From assembly GCA_040256005.1 (NCBI GenBank), contig JBDZWC010000032.1, positions 1-26,075 on the forward strand: a stretch of 26,075 nt of DNA. The letters run 5' to 3'. This DNA is from Deinococcaceae bacterium (GTDB lineage: Bacteria > Deinococcota > Deinococci > Deinococcales > Trueperaceae). Below are positions 15,580 through 24,023 of the stretch, one piece after another. A program made the position numbers and the translations under genes. How positions within the stretch are numbered: position 1 is the first letter of the stretch; each line of letters starts with the position of its first letter. The notes below the pieces were generated by a model that had not been told where the DNA came from, did no database searches, and worked only from the letters and a program-made list of their open reading frames with translations.

Positions 15580-18083
15580 GGCGCCCGAGAGAGACCGTCC
15601 AGCCACGCCGCCGGCCTCCCTCTCAACGCTTCGAGCAGAGAACGGGGCAGCCCTGCCGCTTGCGACGCGAGGAGCCCGTCGACCTCTCCTCGCTCCTGCT
15701 GCAGCTCGGGCGTTGCCTCGCCGGCGGTGGAAGCTCTCCAGCGCGCTAGCAGGAGGCGGGCATGCGGCGCCTGCAGGAACTCGAGCCGGGGCATAGACCC
15801 TTCGAGCTCGCGAGCTGCCTGATGGGCGATCTGGTCGTGGTCGTCCGTGGCGCCCTGAAGGAACCCAACTCTCAACCGCGCCATGGCGGCGAGCGCACCT
15901 ATGTGTTCGCTCTCGCTGCCATAGTCGAGGGCACGTCCGCACAGTCGGAGCGCCGCCTCCGGCTCGATCGAAGCCAACGCCAAGCCGAGCCACAGCCACG
16001 GCGCCACGTCCGCGAGCTGTGGGCCGGACAGACGCGCCAGCGGCTCCTCCACCTGGGCGATACGGGTCGGGTCGGCCAAGGCCCCGGCAACGAGACGACT
16101 GGCCTCGACGGCCGACGCCTTGCGTTCATCGCCGACTTCCTCCGCCAGTCGGGCAGCCTCTGCCAGCAGGTCGAAGGCGTCGTCGAAGCATCCGCAGTGG
16201 GTGGCGATCTCCGCCTTCTGCTCCTGCGCCAGAAGCATGAGCCGCGGCTCCCGGAGCTGCTCGGCGATCTCCTCGACCTCGACTGCCGTGTTCCATGCCG
16301 GGCCGAGCTCCCCGAGACGCGTGTACACGACCGAGAGGTTGACGAGGACCTGCCCTTGGTGGGACTCCGACCCGGAGCGCTTGGCCAGCGTGAGGCTCTC
16401 CTTGAAGTGCTTGAGCGCGCGACGATAGTCCCCCAACCTCTCGGCCGTGGCCGCCAGGTTGTTGAGAGTGCCCGCGACGCTCGCGTGTTCGCCCGCTGCC
16501 CTACCGAGGGTGAGAGCGATCTCGAGGTGCGACAACGCCTCGCGGGTCCGGCCCTGGACGCCTGCGATGCCGCCCAGGTTGTTCCGCGCCCGGTACCGCT
16601 CGACGGGGTCCGCGACGTCGACGTTCTGCAGGAACGACTGCTCGGCGCCCTGCAGGTCACCGGCGTAGAACTGGGCGCCACCGACCGCGTTCCTCGCGCG
16701 TGCGATGAGGCGCTCGTCGCCCAGGCGCGTAGCGATCTCGAGCGCCTCCAATGCGCTTTCGAGGCCCTCGCCGACCTTGCCGGCGCGCAGTAGAGAGCGC
16801 GACCGGCGCATGCGGACGTCGGCCATGCCAGCGTCGGTCTGCAGCTGCCATGCCAACGCCTCGGCTTCCGCCAACGCAGCCTCCTGCAGCCCGAGGTCGC
16901 CCAGCTGGGCGGCGCATCCCTCCAGCAGCAGCGCTGCCTGGAGCCGGATAGGCGGCGACTCGAAGGCACTCCACAGGGCTCGCATCAGATGGGGCACCGC
17001 CGTCGCCGGGTCAGCAGATCCGATCGCCTTCTCGGCGGCCTCGAGCAGCACTGGAGCCGCCTCACCAGCGTCGCCGGCCGAGAGCAGATGTCGGGCGACC
17101 GTATCCGGCTTGGAGCCCGGGACAGCGCGGAGTGCACCCGCCACCCTGTGATGCAGTAGGCGCTTCACGACGTCTGGTGTGGAGGCGAGCACCACTTGCT
17201 CGGCCCTGTCCGTGAGCGTGAGGTCAGGCTCCAGCCACCCGGCGGACTCGAGTCGAGCGAGGTCGGCTGCGACGTCCAGCGGCATCCTCTCGACCACGCG
17301 AGCGATGGCCTCCACGTCGAGCGCCCCGGCGGCCACAGCCACGACCTGGGAGAGCCCGCGCAGCTCGGGCTCGAGCCGCCCGAGCTCGTCCTCGACCGGT
17401 AGGGGTTCGCCTCGTCTGATCAGGCTCTCGAGCGTGGCCGTCTCTGGAGCGGGCTCGAAGCCCAGCTCCTCACGCAGTGAGTCGCGGAACGTGGCGAATC
17501 GTTCCAGCGACCGACGCACCTCACCCGCGGCGTACGCGGCCCTCATGGCGGCCCGCACCAGCCTCTCGTCGAGCGGTTCCAGTTCGAGCGCCGCGTCCAG
17601 TACCGCCAGTGCGTCCCGGTGCCGTCCGCGACCTCGCAGCCGCTCGGCGACGGCACGAGCCGCCCTGACCGTGAGCTCGGCGACCCGGCGCCGCTCCATC
17701 TCGAGCCAGTCCACAAACGCCGGCGACGCGACGCGGTCCAGGCCCGGAAGCAGTTCGCCCGTGGTGACGACCTCCACCGCGTCGTCGGACTCAGCATCCT
17801 CGAGTGCTTGGACGTCCGTGACCGCGTCGAGCCGTACGGAGTCGCCGTATTCAGCCAGCCACTCTGAAGCACCGCGCAGGTGTCGGAGCGAGTACAGCTC
17901 CTGCCGCAGGTTGGCCAGGCGCCCGGGGCCCCAGAGGAGGTCAGCGAGGTCTTCCCTCCTGGCACCTTCGGGGCGCAGGCACAAGTATGCCAGTAGCGCG
18001 GCGCCCTTGCGGGACACCGGCCCGACGTCCCCGCCCATGTGAGCGAAGCCGATCCGCCCGAGCAGCGTGGCGGTAAGCGGCAT
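15576..18083 (-). CDS. SARP/AfsR-like transcriptional activator (wHTH + BTAD + TPR), with no recognisable ATPase domain
   Basis: RKGAALLAYL...RREDLADLLWG...NLRQELYSLR (OmpR-type wHTH); ELLPGL...FVDWLEMERRR...LEPLDE...LREELGFEPAPET (BTAD); TPR repeats ARNAVG, ARNNLG, TLNNLA, VLVNLS. Confidence 0.9.
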   Translation of the reverse strand: MPLTATLLGRIGFAHMGGDVGPVSRKGAALLAYLCLRPEGARREDLADLLWGPGRLANLRQELYSLRHLRGASEWLAEYGDSVRLDAVTDVQALEDAESDDAVEVVTTGELLPGLDRVASPAFVDWLEMERRRVAELTVRAARAVAERLRGRGRHRDALAVLDAALELEPLDERLVRAAMRAAYAAGEVRRSLERFATFRDSLREELGFEPAPETATLESLIRRGEPLPVEDELGRLEPELRGLSQVVAVAAGALDVEAIARVVERMPLDVAADLARLESAGWLEPDLTLTDRAEQVVLASTPDVVKRLLHHRVAGALRAVPGSKPDTVARHLLSAGDAGEAAPVLLEAAEKAIGSADPATAVPHLMRALWSAFESPPIRLQAALLLEGCAAQLGDLGLQEAALAEAEALAWQLQTDAGMADVRMRRSRSLLRAGKVGEGLESALEALEIATRLGDERLIARARNAVGGAQFYAGDLQGAEQSFLQNVDVADPVERYRARNNLGGIAGVQGRTREALSHLEIALTLGRAAGEHASVAGTLNNLAATAERLGDYRRALKHFKESLTLAKRSGSESHQGQVLVNLSVVYTRLGELGPAWNTAVEVEEIAEQLREPRLMLLAQEQKAEIATHCGCFDDAFDLLAEAARLAEEVGDERKASAVEASRLVAGALADPTRIAQVEEPLARLSGPQLADVAPWLWLGLALASIEPEAALRLCGRALDYGSESEHIGALAAMARLRVGFLQGATDDHDQIAHQAARELEGSMPRLEFLQAPHARLLLARWRASTAGEATPELQQERGEVDGLLASQAAGLPRSLLEALRGRPAAWLDGLSRAP

Positions 18084-18102
18084 GTGTACCGTTGTTATAG
18101 AC

Positions 18103-18145
18103 GGCGCGGACCGGCTGAGCCAAGCATGGCCCGCCGGTCCGCGCC
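18103..18145. repeat. Perfect 13-bp inverted repeat upstream of the regulator (terminator or operator)
   Basis: GGCGCGGACCGGC (18103-18115) pairs with GCCGGTCCGCGCC (18133-18145). Confidence 0.6.
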
Positions 18146-18182
18146 CGCTCCTATACGCCGGAGCGACCTAGTTATGCGTCGC

Positions 18183-18626
18183 TCACATGCCTCCGCCGCC
18201 GCCAGCGATCACCTGGAGGAGGGCGCCCACGCCCGCCGCCGCGGACTGGACGGCCAGCAGTGACTGCTGCTCGACGCCCTGCGCCGCCAGCGCTCGGGCA
18301 GCTTCCACCACCGCGGCGAGGTCAGCTGCCTGAGGATGCGACGAGAGGTCACTGGCTATCCCCGCGCCCTGTCCGCCGCACGGATGACCCCAGTCGGCGT
18401 TGAAGCCTTCGCCGCCCTCGCCCACGATGCAGTTGAGCACGTGGCCCAAGTGGCGTGAGGCCATGCCCAGTTCTTCCGCGCTGGCCGAGAAGCCCGAGTG
18501 CTGGATCGCCGTCTGCAGCTCGGTCGCGAGGGCGCCCGTCGGCGCCTCGATCATCTGCGAGGAGACGACCCCTATCGCCAGGGCGAGCGCTACTGCTGCG
18601 ATTACCTTGGTCCCTATCCTCTTCAC
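18183..18626 (-). CDS. Secreted helical protein with His/Cys motifs
   Basis: GTG start with SD GGGAGGT; signal peptide VSS|QM; TAIQH...RHLGHVLNCIVG...HPCGG. Confidence 0.8.
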   Translation of the reverse strand: MKRIGTKVIAAVALALAIGVVSSQMIEAPTGALATELQTAIQHSGFSASAEELGMASRHLGHVLNCIVGEGGEGFNADWGHPCGGQGAGIASDLSSHPQAADLAAVVEAARALAAQGVEQQSLLAVQSAAAGVGALLQVIAGGGGGM

Positions 18627-18650
18627 GTCCTACCTCCCTAGGTCTAGCTG

Positions 18651-19157
18651 CTACTCGGCCGGTGGGGCATCGATGACGAACTGATCGAGCTGCTCTTCGT
18701 CCGGAGCCAACTCCGCCTCACCCGCCGGGAAGCCGTTGTGTGACAACACGAACGAGATGGCATCGGCGTACTGCTGCGGCTCGAGGCTGCCGGGTGCGCC
18801 GAACGGCATGTTCTGGCTCACGAACCGGTAAAGCGACGCCAGGCTCATGCCCTGCCAAGCCTCGTTCAAAGGCGAGAGCCTGGGGCCCACGCCGCCCTGG
18901 AGGTTCGCCCCGTGACAGCCGGAGCACCGCGCCATGAACAGCTCTTCGCCACGGGCCGCCTGTTCCTCCGTGAACACTCCGGTAGAGACGCCGGCGCGTT
19001 CCTGTGCGGCTGTGGCGCCGTAGTCGTCTCCGCCGTACCTACCCTGAGCCAAGGCCACCGCGGCCACCGCAGTAACCACCAGTAGCGGCACGAGAAGCGG
19101 CAGGCTCAGGCGCCGGTTCCGGGACGAAGGCGCCTTTCGGGACGATGTGTCAGGCAT
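18651..19157 (-). CDS. Monoheme class I cytochrome c
   Basis: ATG 19157 with SD AGGAGG; signal peptide ALA|QG; GVFTEEQAARGEELF, CSGCH, GPRL, distal Met in NMP. Confidence 0.9.
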   Translation of the reverse strand: MPDTSSRKAPSSRNRRLSLPLLVPLLVVTAVAAVALAQGRYGGDDYGATAAQERAGVSTGVFTEEQAARGEELFMARCSGCHGANLQGGVGPRLSPLNEAWQGMSLASLYRFVSQNMPFGAPGSLEPQQYADAISFVLSHNGFPAGEAELAPDEEQLDQFVIDAPPAE

Positions 19158-19212
19158 GTTCTCCCCTCCTGTACGCACATACGCGGCAGGCGGGGTATCG
19201 GATTCATGCGCC

Positions 19213-19824
19213 TCAGGTGCCCACAGGGAAGAGAGGCGTGGGCCGGGGCGACCTGATAACGACGTGGCAGGCCCGGCAGCGGGGTTCGTAGCTCTCCGAG
19301 GCGCCAACCAGTACCACAGGGTCGTCGGCGTGCGCCGGCTGGCCGCCGATGAGACGCTGCGTCCGCGTCGCGGCGCGTCCGCAGCGGCAGATCGCCGTCA
19401 GCTTCTCGACCACCTCGGCGCGCGTCAGGAGCTCGGCCATCGGACCGAACGGCTCCCCGCGAAAGTCGAGGTCCAATCCCGCGAGGATCACGCGCACGCC
19501 CTGGCCGGCCAGTCGGTCGACGAGGCCGACGAGCTCAGGCTCGAAGAACTGCGCCTCGTCTATCGCCACCACTTGCGTGCCGGGCTCCAGGGCGGACTCG
19601 AGCGCCGCGACGTTCACGACCGGTACTGCCTCCAGTGTCCTGCCCATGTGCGAGGCAACCGCACGCTTCTCGTAGCGGTCGTCGATCACCGGCTTGAACA
19701 CCTGCACCGGTTGCTTGGCGATCAGCGCGCGCGTCACGCGCCTGATGAGCTCCTCGCTCTTACCCGAGAACATCGGTCCGGCGATAACCTCTACCCAACC
19801 GGTGGAGAACGTATGGCCCAGCAC
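19213..19824 (-). CDS. tdk: Thymidine kinase
   Basis: [15 protein letters not shown]-loop, [20 protein letters not shown], Zn ligands C-x-C and CRAC-H. Leaderless: TACCAT 5 nt before the GTG. Confidence 0.96.
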   Translation of the reverse strand: MLGHTFSTGWVEVIAGPMFSGKSEELIRRVTRALIAKQPVQVFKPVIDDRYEKRAVASHMGRTLEAVPVVNVAALESALEPGTQVVAIDEAQFFEPELVGLVDRLAGQGVRVILAGLDLDFRGEPFGPMAELLTRAEVVEKLTAICRCGRAATRTQRLIGGQPAHADDPVVLVGASESYEPRCRACHVVIRSPRPTPLFPVGT

Positions 19825-19910
19825 GGCTGATGGTACCGCCGGTCAGGTCACGAGGCAGCGCCTCCCCCGATCTGCGGCCGCGCTCGTGCGGGCCCCTCCC
19901 CAAGAGGCCC

Positions 19911-20414
19911 TTAGTTCGCCGTCAACGCCAACAGCCGGTCCAGCCGGGCGTATCCCGCCTCCATCCCCTCGGCCATGCCGGTGCGCGTGGCGGCGTCGCG
20001 CGCCTCGCGGCTCTGGAACTCGACGGTGATCCGAACCAGGGTGCCGCCGTCCTCCTCCGCCGTGAACTCGGTCGTGACCTGGGTCTCGCCCTGCGTCCAG
20101 TCGTCGCCGAAGCGCTCACGCGCGACCAGACGCTCGGGCGGCTGCACCTCGTCGAACGCGCCCTTCAGCTCCATGTCCGGCTCGCCGGCCTTGCGCCACA
20201 GGTGCCGGTAGCCTCCGCCCGGCCTCAGGTCTACCTCGCACTCGGGCATCGTCCAGCCACCGGGTCCCACCATCCAGCGGGGGATCATCTCCGCGTCGGT
20301 GAACGCCTCGAAGACCAGCTCCCGGGGCGCGGCGAACCGCCTGACGATGAGTACGCTCCGTTCTCCCTCCAGGCTCAGCTCGAGGGGCCTTGGTAAGGGC
20401 GTACCGGCGTTCAT
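19911..20414 (-). CDS. SRPBCC/AHSA1 family protein
   Basis: RRFAAPRELVFEAFTD..RW.GP.GW.M..CEVDLRPGG.YR...GMEAGYARLD. Start ATG 20414 overlaps the upstream stop (ATGA). Confidence 0.9.
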   Translation of the reverse strand: MNAGTPLPRPLELSLEGERSVLIVRRFAAPRELVFEAFTDAEMIPRWMVGPGGWTMPECEVDLRPGGGYRHLWRKAGEPDMELKGAFDEVQPPERLVARERFGDDWTQGETQVTTEFTAEEDGGTLVRITVEFQSREARDAATRTGMAEGMEAGYARLDRLLALTAN

Positions 20415-20866
20415 CCGCGACCGTCCGCGGCGGCCTCCAGCGCCGCGATGTCGAGCTTCTGCATCTGCAGCATGGCGTCCATGGTGCGCTGGGCCCTCGC
20501 GGGGTCGGGGTCGGTGACAAGCCGGTAGTAGGCGTTGGGCACGATCTGCCACGAGACGCCCCAGCGGTCCTTCAACCAGCCGCACTGCGAGTGCTGGCCG
20601 CCGCCCTCGACGAGGCGCTCCCAGTAGTGGTCGACCTCGGCCTGCGTCTCGCAACGGACCTGTATCGAGAAGGCCTCCGACATCTTGAAGTAGTCTCCAC
20701 CGTCGTAGGCGTCGAACCGCTGGCCGCCCAGCTCGAACGAGACGCCAGGGAACTGGGGACCGGAGAGTACCTTGCCGTCCGGGAAGACGGTCGCGTAGAA
20801 CTCGGCCGCGTCTCGGCATCCCTTCTCGTACATCAGGAACGGTCTGGCATTCACGGACGTCGACAT
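20411..20866 (-). CDS. VOC/PhnB-like (3-demethylubiquinone-9 3-methyltransferase-like) protein
   Basis: PFLMY..AAEFY..VF, FELGGQRF, EVDHYWERL, CGWLKDRWGVSWQIVP, AMLQMQKLDIAAL. Start ATG 20866. Confidence 0.9.
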   Translation of the reverse strand: MSTSVNARPFLMYEKGCRDAAEFYATVFPDGKVLSGPQFPGVSFELGGQRFDAYDGGDYFKMSEAFSIQVRCETQAEVDHYWERLVEGGGQHSQCGWLKDRWGVSWQIVPNAYYRLVTDPDPARAQRTMDAMLQMQKLDIAALEAAADGRG

Positions 20867-20978
20867 GCCTGGCCTGCCCTTCCGCCGCTCGCGCGGCCCC
20901 GCTTCATCGAGCGCCCCTGGCACGCTGGCGCCGGGTCGAGACTGTCTCATCGTGCCGCGCCTGGCGTTCGGCGCGGCG

Positions 20979-21362
20979 TCAGTTGGAGCGCTCCTTGCGC
21001 ACGTCGAGAAGGAGGTCATCCAAGCGTGCGAAGCTCTCCTCCCAGTACCGGCGGTAGCGCTGCAGCCAAGCGCTGGCCTCGGCCAGCGGTGCGGCTCGCA
21101 GGGTGCGCGGCCGGCTGGTGCCGTCCCTGCCGACACTGACCAGGCCCGCCTTCTCGAGCACCTTGAGGTGCTTGGAGACCGCCGGCTGGCTCATGCTCAG
21201 AGGGGACGCGAGCTCCGACACGGTCGCGCTGCCCTCGGCGAGGTGCGCGAGCAGCGACCGCCTGGTGGGATCGGCGAGGGCGGCGAAGACGGCGTCGAGG
21301 TGCGCGTCATCGGTCGCCTCGCCAGGAGCCCTGTTCCCCGTTCCATAACCCGACGGTTGCAT
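20979..21362 (-). CDS. ArsR/SmtB family repressor
   Basis: LDAVFAALADPTRR...TVSELA...MSQPAVSKHLKVLEKAGLV...WEESFARLD. Likely start ATG 21362 (MQPSGY). Confidence 0.9.
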   Translation of the reverse strand: MQPSGYGTGNRAPGEATDDAHLDAVFAALADPTRRSLLAHLAEGSATVSELASPLSMSQPAVSKHLKVLEKAGLVSVGRDGTSRPRTLRAAPLAEASAWLQRYRRYWEESFARLDDLLLDVRKERSN

Positions 21363-21403
21363 AACCAAGTAGAAATATAGTCCGGCTCGCGCGTAGCTGT
21401 CAA
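21345..21403 (-). promoter_or_regulatory. Promoter and palindromic operator of the ArsR-VOC-SRPBCC operon
   Basis: TTGACA (21398-21403), 18-nt spacer, TATATT (21374-21379); palindrome AACC-gtcg-GGTT just inside the start codon, as expected for ArsR autorepression. Confidence 0.65.
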
Positions 21404-21443
21404 GGGTCCGGACCTGGGCACCCCGGTGATAACCTCGCCGGCG

Positions 21444-22031
21444 ATGGAACGATTCCACGGGACGACGATCGTGGCGGTGAACCGGGGAGGCGTGACGGCG
21501 CTGGTGGGCGACGGTCAGGTGAGCCTCGGCGACACGATCGTGAAGCGCGGGGCGGTCAAGGTGCGGGCGCTGGCGGACGGCAAGGTCGTCGCCGGCTTCG
21601 CCGGCGCCGTATCCGACGCGTTCACGTTGCTAGATAAGTTCGAAGGCTACCTGGAGACGTACCGAGGCAACTTGACGCGGGCCGCCGTGGAGACGGTGAA
21701 GGAGTGGCGCACCGATAGGGCCCTGCGCAACCTGGAAGCCCTCCTCATCGTCGCCGACCACGAGCAACTGCTCACACTGTCCGGGGCAGGCGACGTCATC
21801 GCGCCGGACGAGCCGGTGGCGGCCGTCGGCTCGGGTGGGCCGTTCGCTCAAGCCGCCGCCACGGCGCTCCTGCGGCACACGGACATGGGGGCCGAGGGGA
21901 TCGCCCGTGCCGCGCTGGCGATCGCGGCAGACATCGACGTCTTCACCAGCGGCAACGCGACCGTGCTAACCGTCACCGCGGACGGCGTCGCGAGCGGTGA
22001 AGGCGCCCAGGACGAGGGAACCGCGTCGTGA
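21444..22031 (+). CDS. hslV: ATP-dependent protease subunit HslV
   Basis: MERFHG|TTI N-terminal Thr nucleophile, GDGQVSLG, GFAG, WRTDRALRNLEA, GSGG. Start ATG 21444. Confidence 0.96.
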   Translation: MERFHGTTIVAVNRGGVTALVGDGQVSLGDTIVKRGAVKVRALADGKVVAGFAGAVSDAFTLLDKFEGYLETYRGNLTRAAVETVKEWRTDRALRNLEALLIVADHEQLLTLSGAGDVIAPDEPVAAVGSGGPFAQAAATALLRHTDMGAEGIARAALAIAADIDVFTSGNATVLTVTADGVASGEGAQDEGTAS

Positions 22032-23392
22032 CCGACCCCTTCGATCCCAACCCGGGTGGCTCGCGCTTCGCCGTAGGAGCTGACGGCGCTACGGCTCAGA
22101 TCGTGCGCAAGGCCGCCGGCCTGACGCCGGCGGAGATCGTCAGGGAGCTCGACCGCCACATAGTCGGGCAGGCGAAGGCCAAGCGGGCCGTCGCGGTCGC
22201 GCTCCGGAACCACTACAGGCGCAGGCAGTTGCCCGAGGAGATGCAGCCCGAGGTCACGCCCAAGAACATCATGCTCATCGGCCCCACGGGCGTCGGCAAG
22301 ACGGAGATCGCCAGGCGCCTGGCCCGGTTGGCCAAGGCCCCCTTCGTGAAGGTGGAAGCGACGAAGTTCACCGAGGTCGGCTACGTGGGTCGCGACGTCG
22401 ACTCGATCGTGAGGGACCTGGTGAGGGCCGCGGAGCTGATGGTCGAGGAGGAGAAGCGGGCCGAGGTCAAGGACCGGGCCAGGGCCGCGGCGGAAGAGCG
22501 CCTGCTCGACGTCTTGTTGCCCGGCGGCAGTCAGGAAGGCCGCGAGCGCATGCAGCGCCTGCTCGCGGACGGCGGGCTCGAGGAGCGCATCGTCGAGATC
22601 GAGGTCAAGGACGAGCCCAACGTGGCCATACCCATGCCGGGCATGGAGGAGACCGGCATGAACCTCCAGGACATGTTCAGGCGGTTCATGCCCGAGCGGC
22701 GCGTCAAGCGCAAGGTCACAGTGAAACAGGCCAGGCGGCTGTTGGAAGACGAGGAGGCCGGGCAGCTCATCGATCGCGACGCGGTCTCGGGCGAAGCGGT
22801 GAGGCGCGCCGAGGAGACGGGCATCGTCTTCATCGACGAGATCGACAAGATCGCCGGCGAAGACCGCACGTCCTCGGCGGACGTCAGCGGCGAGGGTGTC
22901 CAGCGCGACCTCCTCCCCATAGTCGAGGGCACGCAGGTCAACACCAGGCAGGGGCAGGTGCGCACGGACCACGTCCTGTTCATCGCGGCCGGCGCGTTCT
23001 CCACCTCCAAACCCAGCGACCTGATACCGGAGCTGCAGGGCCGCTTCCCTATCCGCGTGGAGCTCGAAGAGCTGTCGCAAGGCGACCTCAGGCGCATCCT
23101 CACGGAGCCGGAGCACGCCCTGACGAAACAGTACGAGGCTCTCCTGGCCGTCGACGGGACACGGATCCGCTTCGACGACAGCGGCGTCGACGCCATCGCC
23201 CGCTACGCCGAGCAGGTGAACAGGGAGGTCGAGGACATAGGCGCCAGGCGCCTGCACACGATCCTCGAGACCGTGCTGGAGGAGGTGTCCTTCGGTACCG
23301 ACCTGGGCGACGTCGTGATCGACGAAGCGCTCGTGAAGGAGAAGCTAGAAGGCGTCGTGGAGGACGAGGACCTGAGCCGCTACATCCTGTGA
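22028..23392 (+). CDS. hslU: ATP-dependent protease ATPase subunit HslU
   Basis: LTPAEIVRELDRHIVGQ, GPTGVGKTE (Walker A), GYVG pore loop, FIDEIDKI, PELQGRFP, IGARRL, C-terminal DLSRYIL. GTGA overlap with hslV; alternative start GTG 22103. Confidence 0.96.
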   Translation: MTDPFDPNPGGSRFAVGADGATAQIVRKAAGLTPAEIVRELDRHIVGQAKAKRAVAVALRNHYRRRQLPEEMQPEVTPKNIMLIGPTGVGKTEIARRLARLAKAPFVKVEATKFTEVGYVGRDVDSIVRDLVRAAELMVEEEKRAEVKDRARAAAEERLLDVLLPGGSQEGRERMQRLLADGGLEERIVEIEVKDEPNVAIPMPGMEETGMNLQDMFRRFMPERRVKRKVTVKQARRLLEDEEAGQLIDRDAVSGEAVRRAEETGIVFIDEIDKIAGEDRTSSADVSGEGVQRDLLPIVEGTQVNTRQGQVRTDHVLFIAAGAFSTSKPSDLIPELQGRFPIRVELEELSQGDLRRILTEPEHALTKQYEALLAVDGTRIRFDDSGVDAIARYAEQVNREVEDIGARRLHTILETVLEEVSFGTDLGDVVIDEALVKEKLEGVVEDEDLSRYIL

Positions 23393-23450
23393 CCGCCTGA
23401 CCGCGCGGCGCGGCCGTGGCGGATCAGTAGCTGCCCCTGGGCCGCCTACC

Positions 23451-23858
23451 TCACTCCTCGGCGACGATCGTCAGCGCGAACGTCACCTCTTTGGTCTTGA
23501 AGCCGTTGGTGGCGCGCACCTTGACGTTCTTCTCGGTCTCGCCGATCTGAGCGTCCTTGGAGACCACGAAAGTCATCTCGTCTTCCGAGATGCCGGATGG
23601 GATCTCCAGATCATCCGCACTCAGGAAGTCGGGTCCGTCGTGGAGGGCAACGACGACGGGTGTGGGCAGCACATCGATGGGCACGGGCCGGCTCACCGTC
23701 ACTTGCACGGTGAACACCTGTCCTGGGTAAGCCTCAACCTCACTCGGCTCGAGCGTTATCGAGAAATCCATGGCCGCGTTGGCGACCAGGGCTTCGCACG
23801 CCGTGAGGAGCCCCACCGCGGCGGCCCCCGCAAGCAACAAGACAGGCAGCCTTCTCAT
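23451..23858 (-). CDS. Small lipoprotein with an Ig-like beta-sandwich
   Basis: Lipobox LTAC; alternating beta pattern DFSITLEP...FTVQVTV...VKVRATNG...FALTI; SD GGAGGAGG. Confidence 0.8.
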   Translation of the reverse strand: MRRLPVLLLAGAAAVGLLTACEALVANAAMDFSITLEPSEVEAYPGQVFTVQVTVSRPVPIDVLPTPVVVALHDGPDFLSADDLEIPSGISEDEMTFVVSKDAQIGETEKNVKVRATNGFKTKEVTFALTIVAEE

Positions 23859-23950
23859 CCCGTATGCCTCCTCCCGCGGGTCGCAGGCCGAGGGCCCACC
23901 CGGAGGCGGCTCTGTCGTAGACGACTCGTCAGCGTTCCCGCGCAGCGCAC

Positions 23951-23982
23951 ACGTTACGTCGCGGCCGTCAAGGCAGCGTCAA
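23951..23982 (-). promoter_or_regulatory. Tandem TTGACG box D plus -10
   Basis: Minus strand reads TTGACGC tgcc TTGACGG ccgcgacg TAACGT; 18 nt (CTTGACGCTGCCTTGACG) are identical to box A. Confidence 0.7.
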
Positions 23983-24023
23983 GTTCGGTGGTATCCGGCT
24001 CGTCGGGCGGGACGCGACCGAGA

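Noticed and set aside
20415..21458. Extended N-termini given by the track for the SRPBCC, VOC and ArsR genes (also 1841, 19307 and 25283 starts)
   Set aside because: The extensions overlap neighbouring genes or promoters; downstream starts have SD, leaderless or coupling support and match family N-termini.
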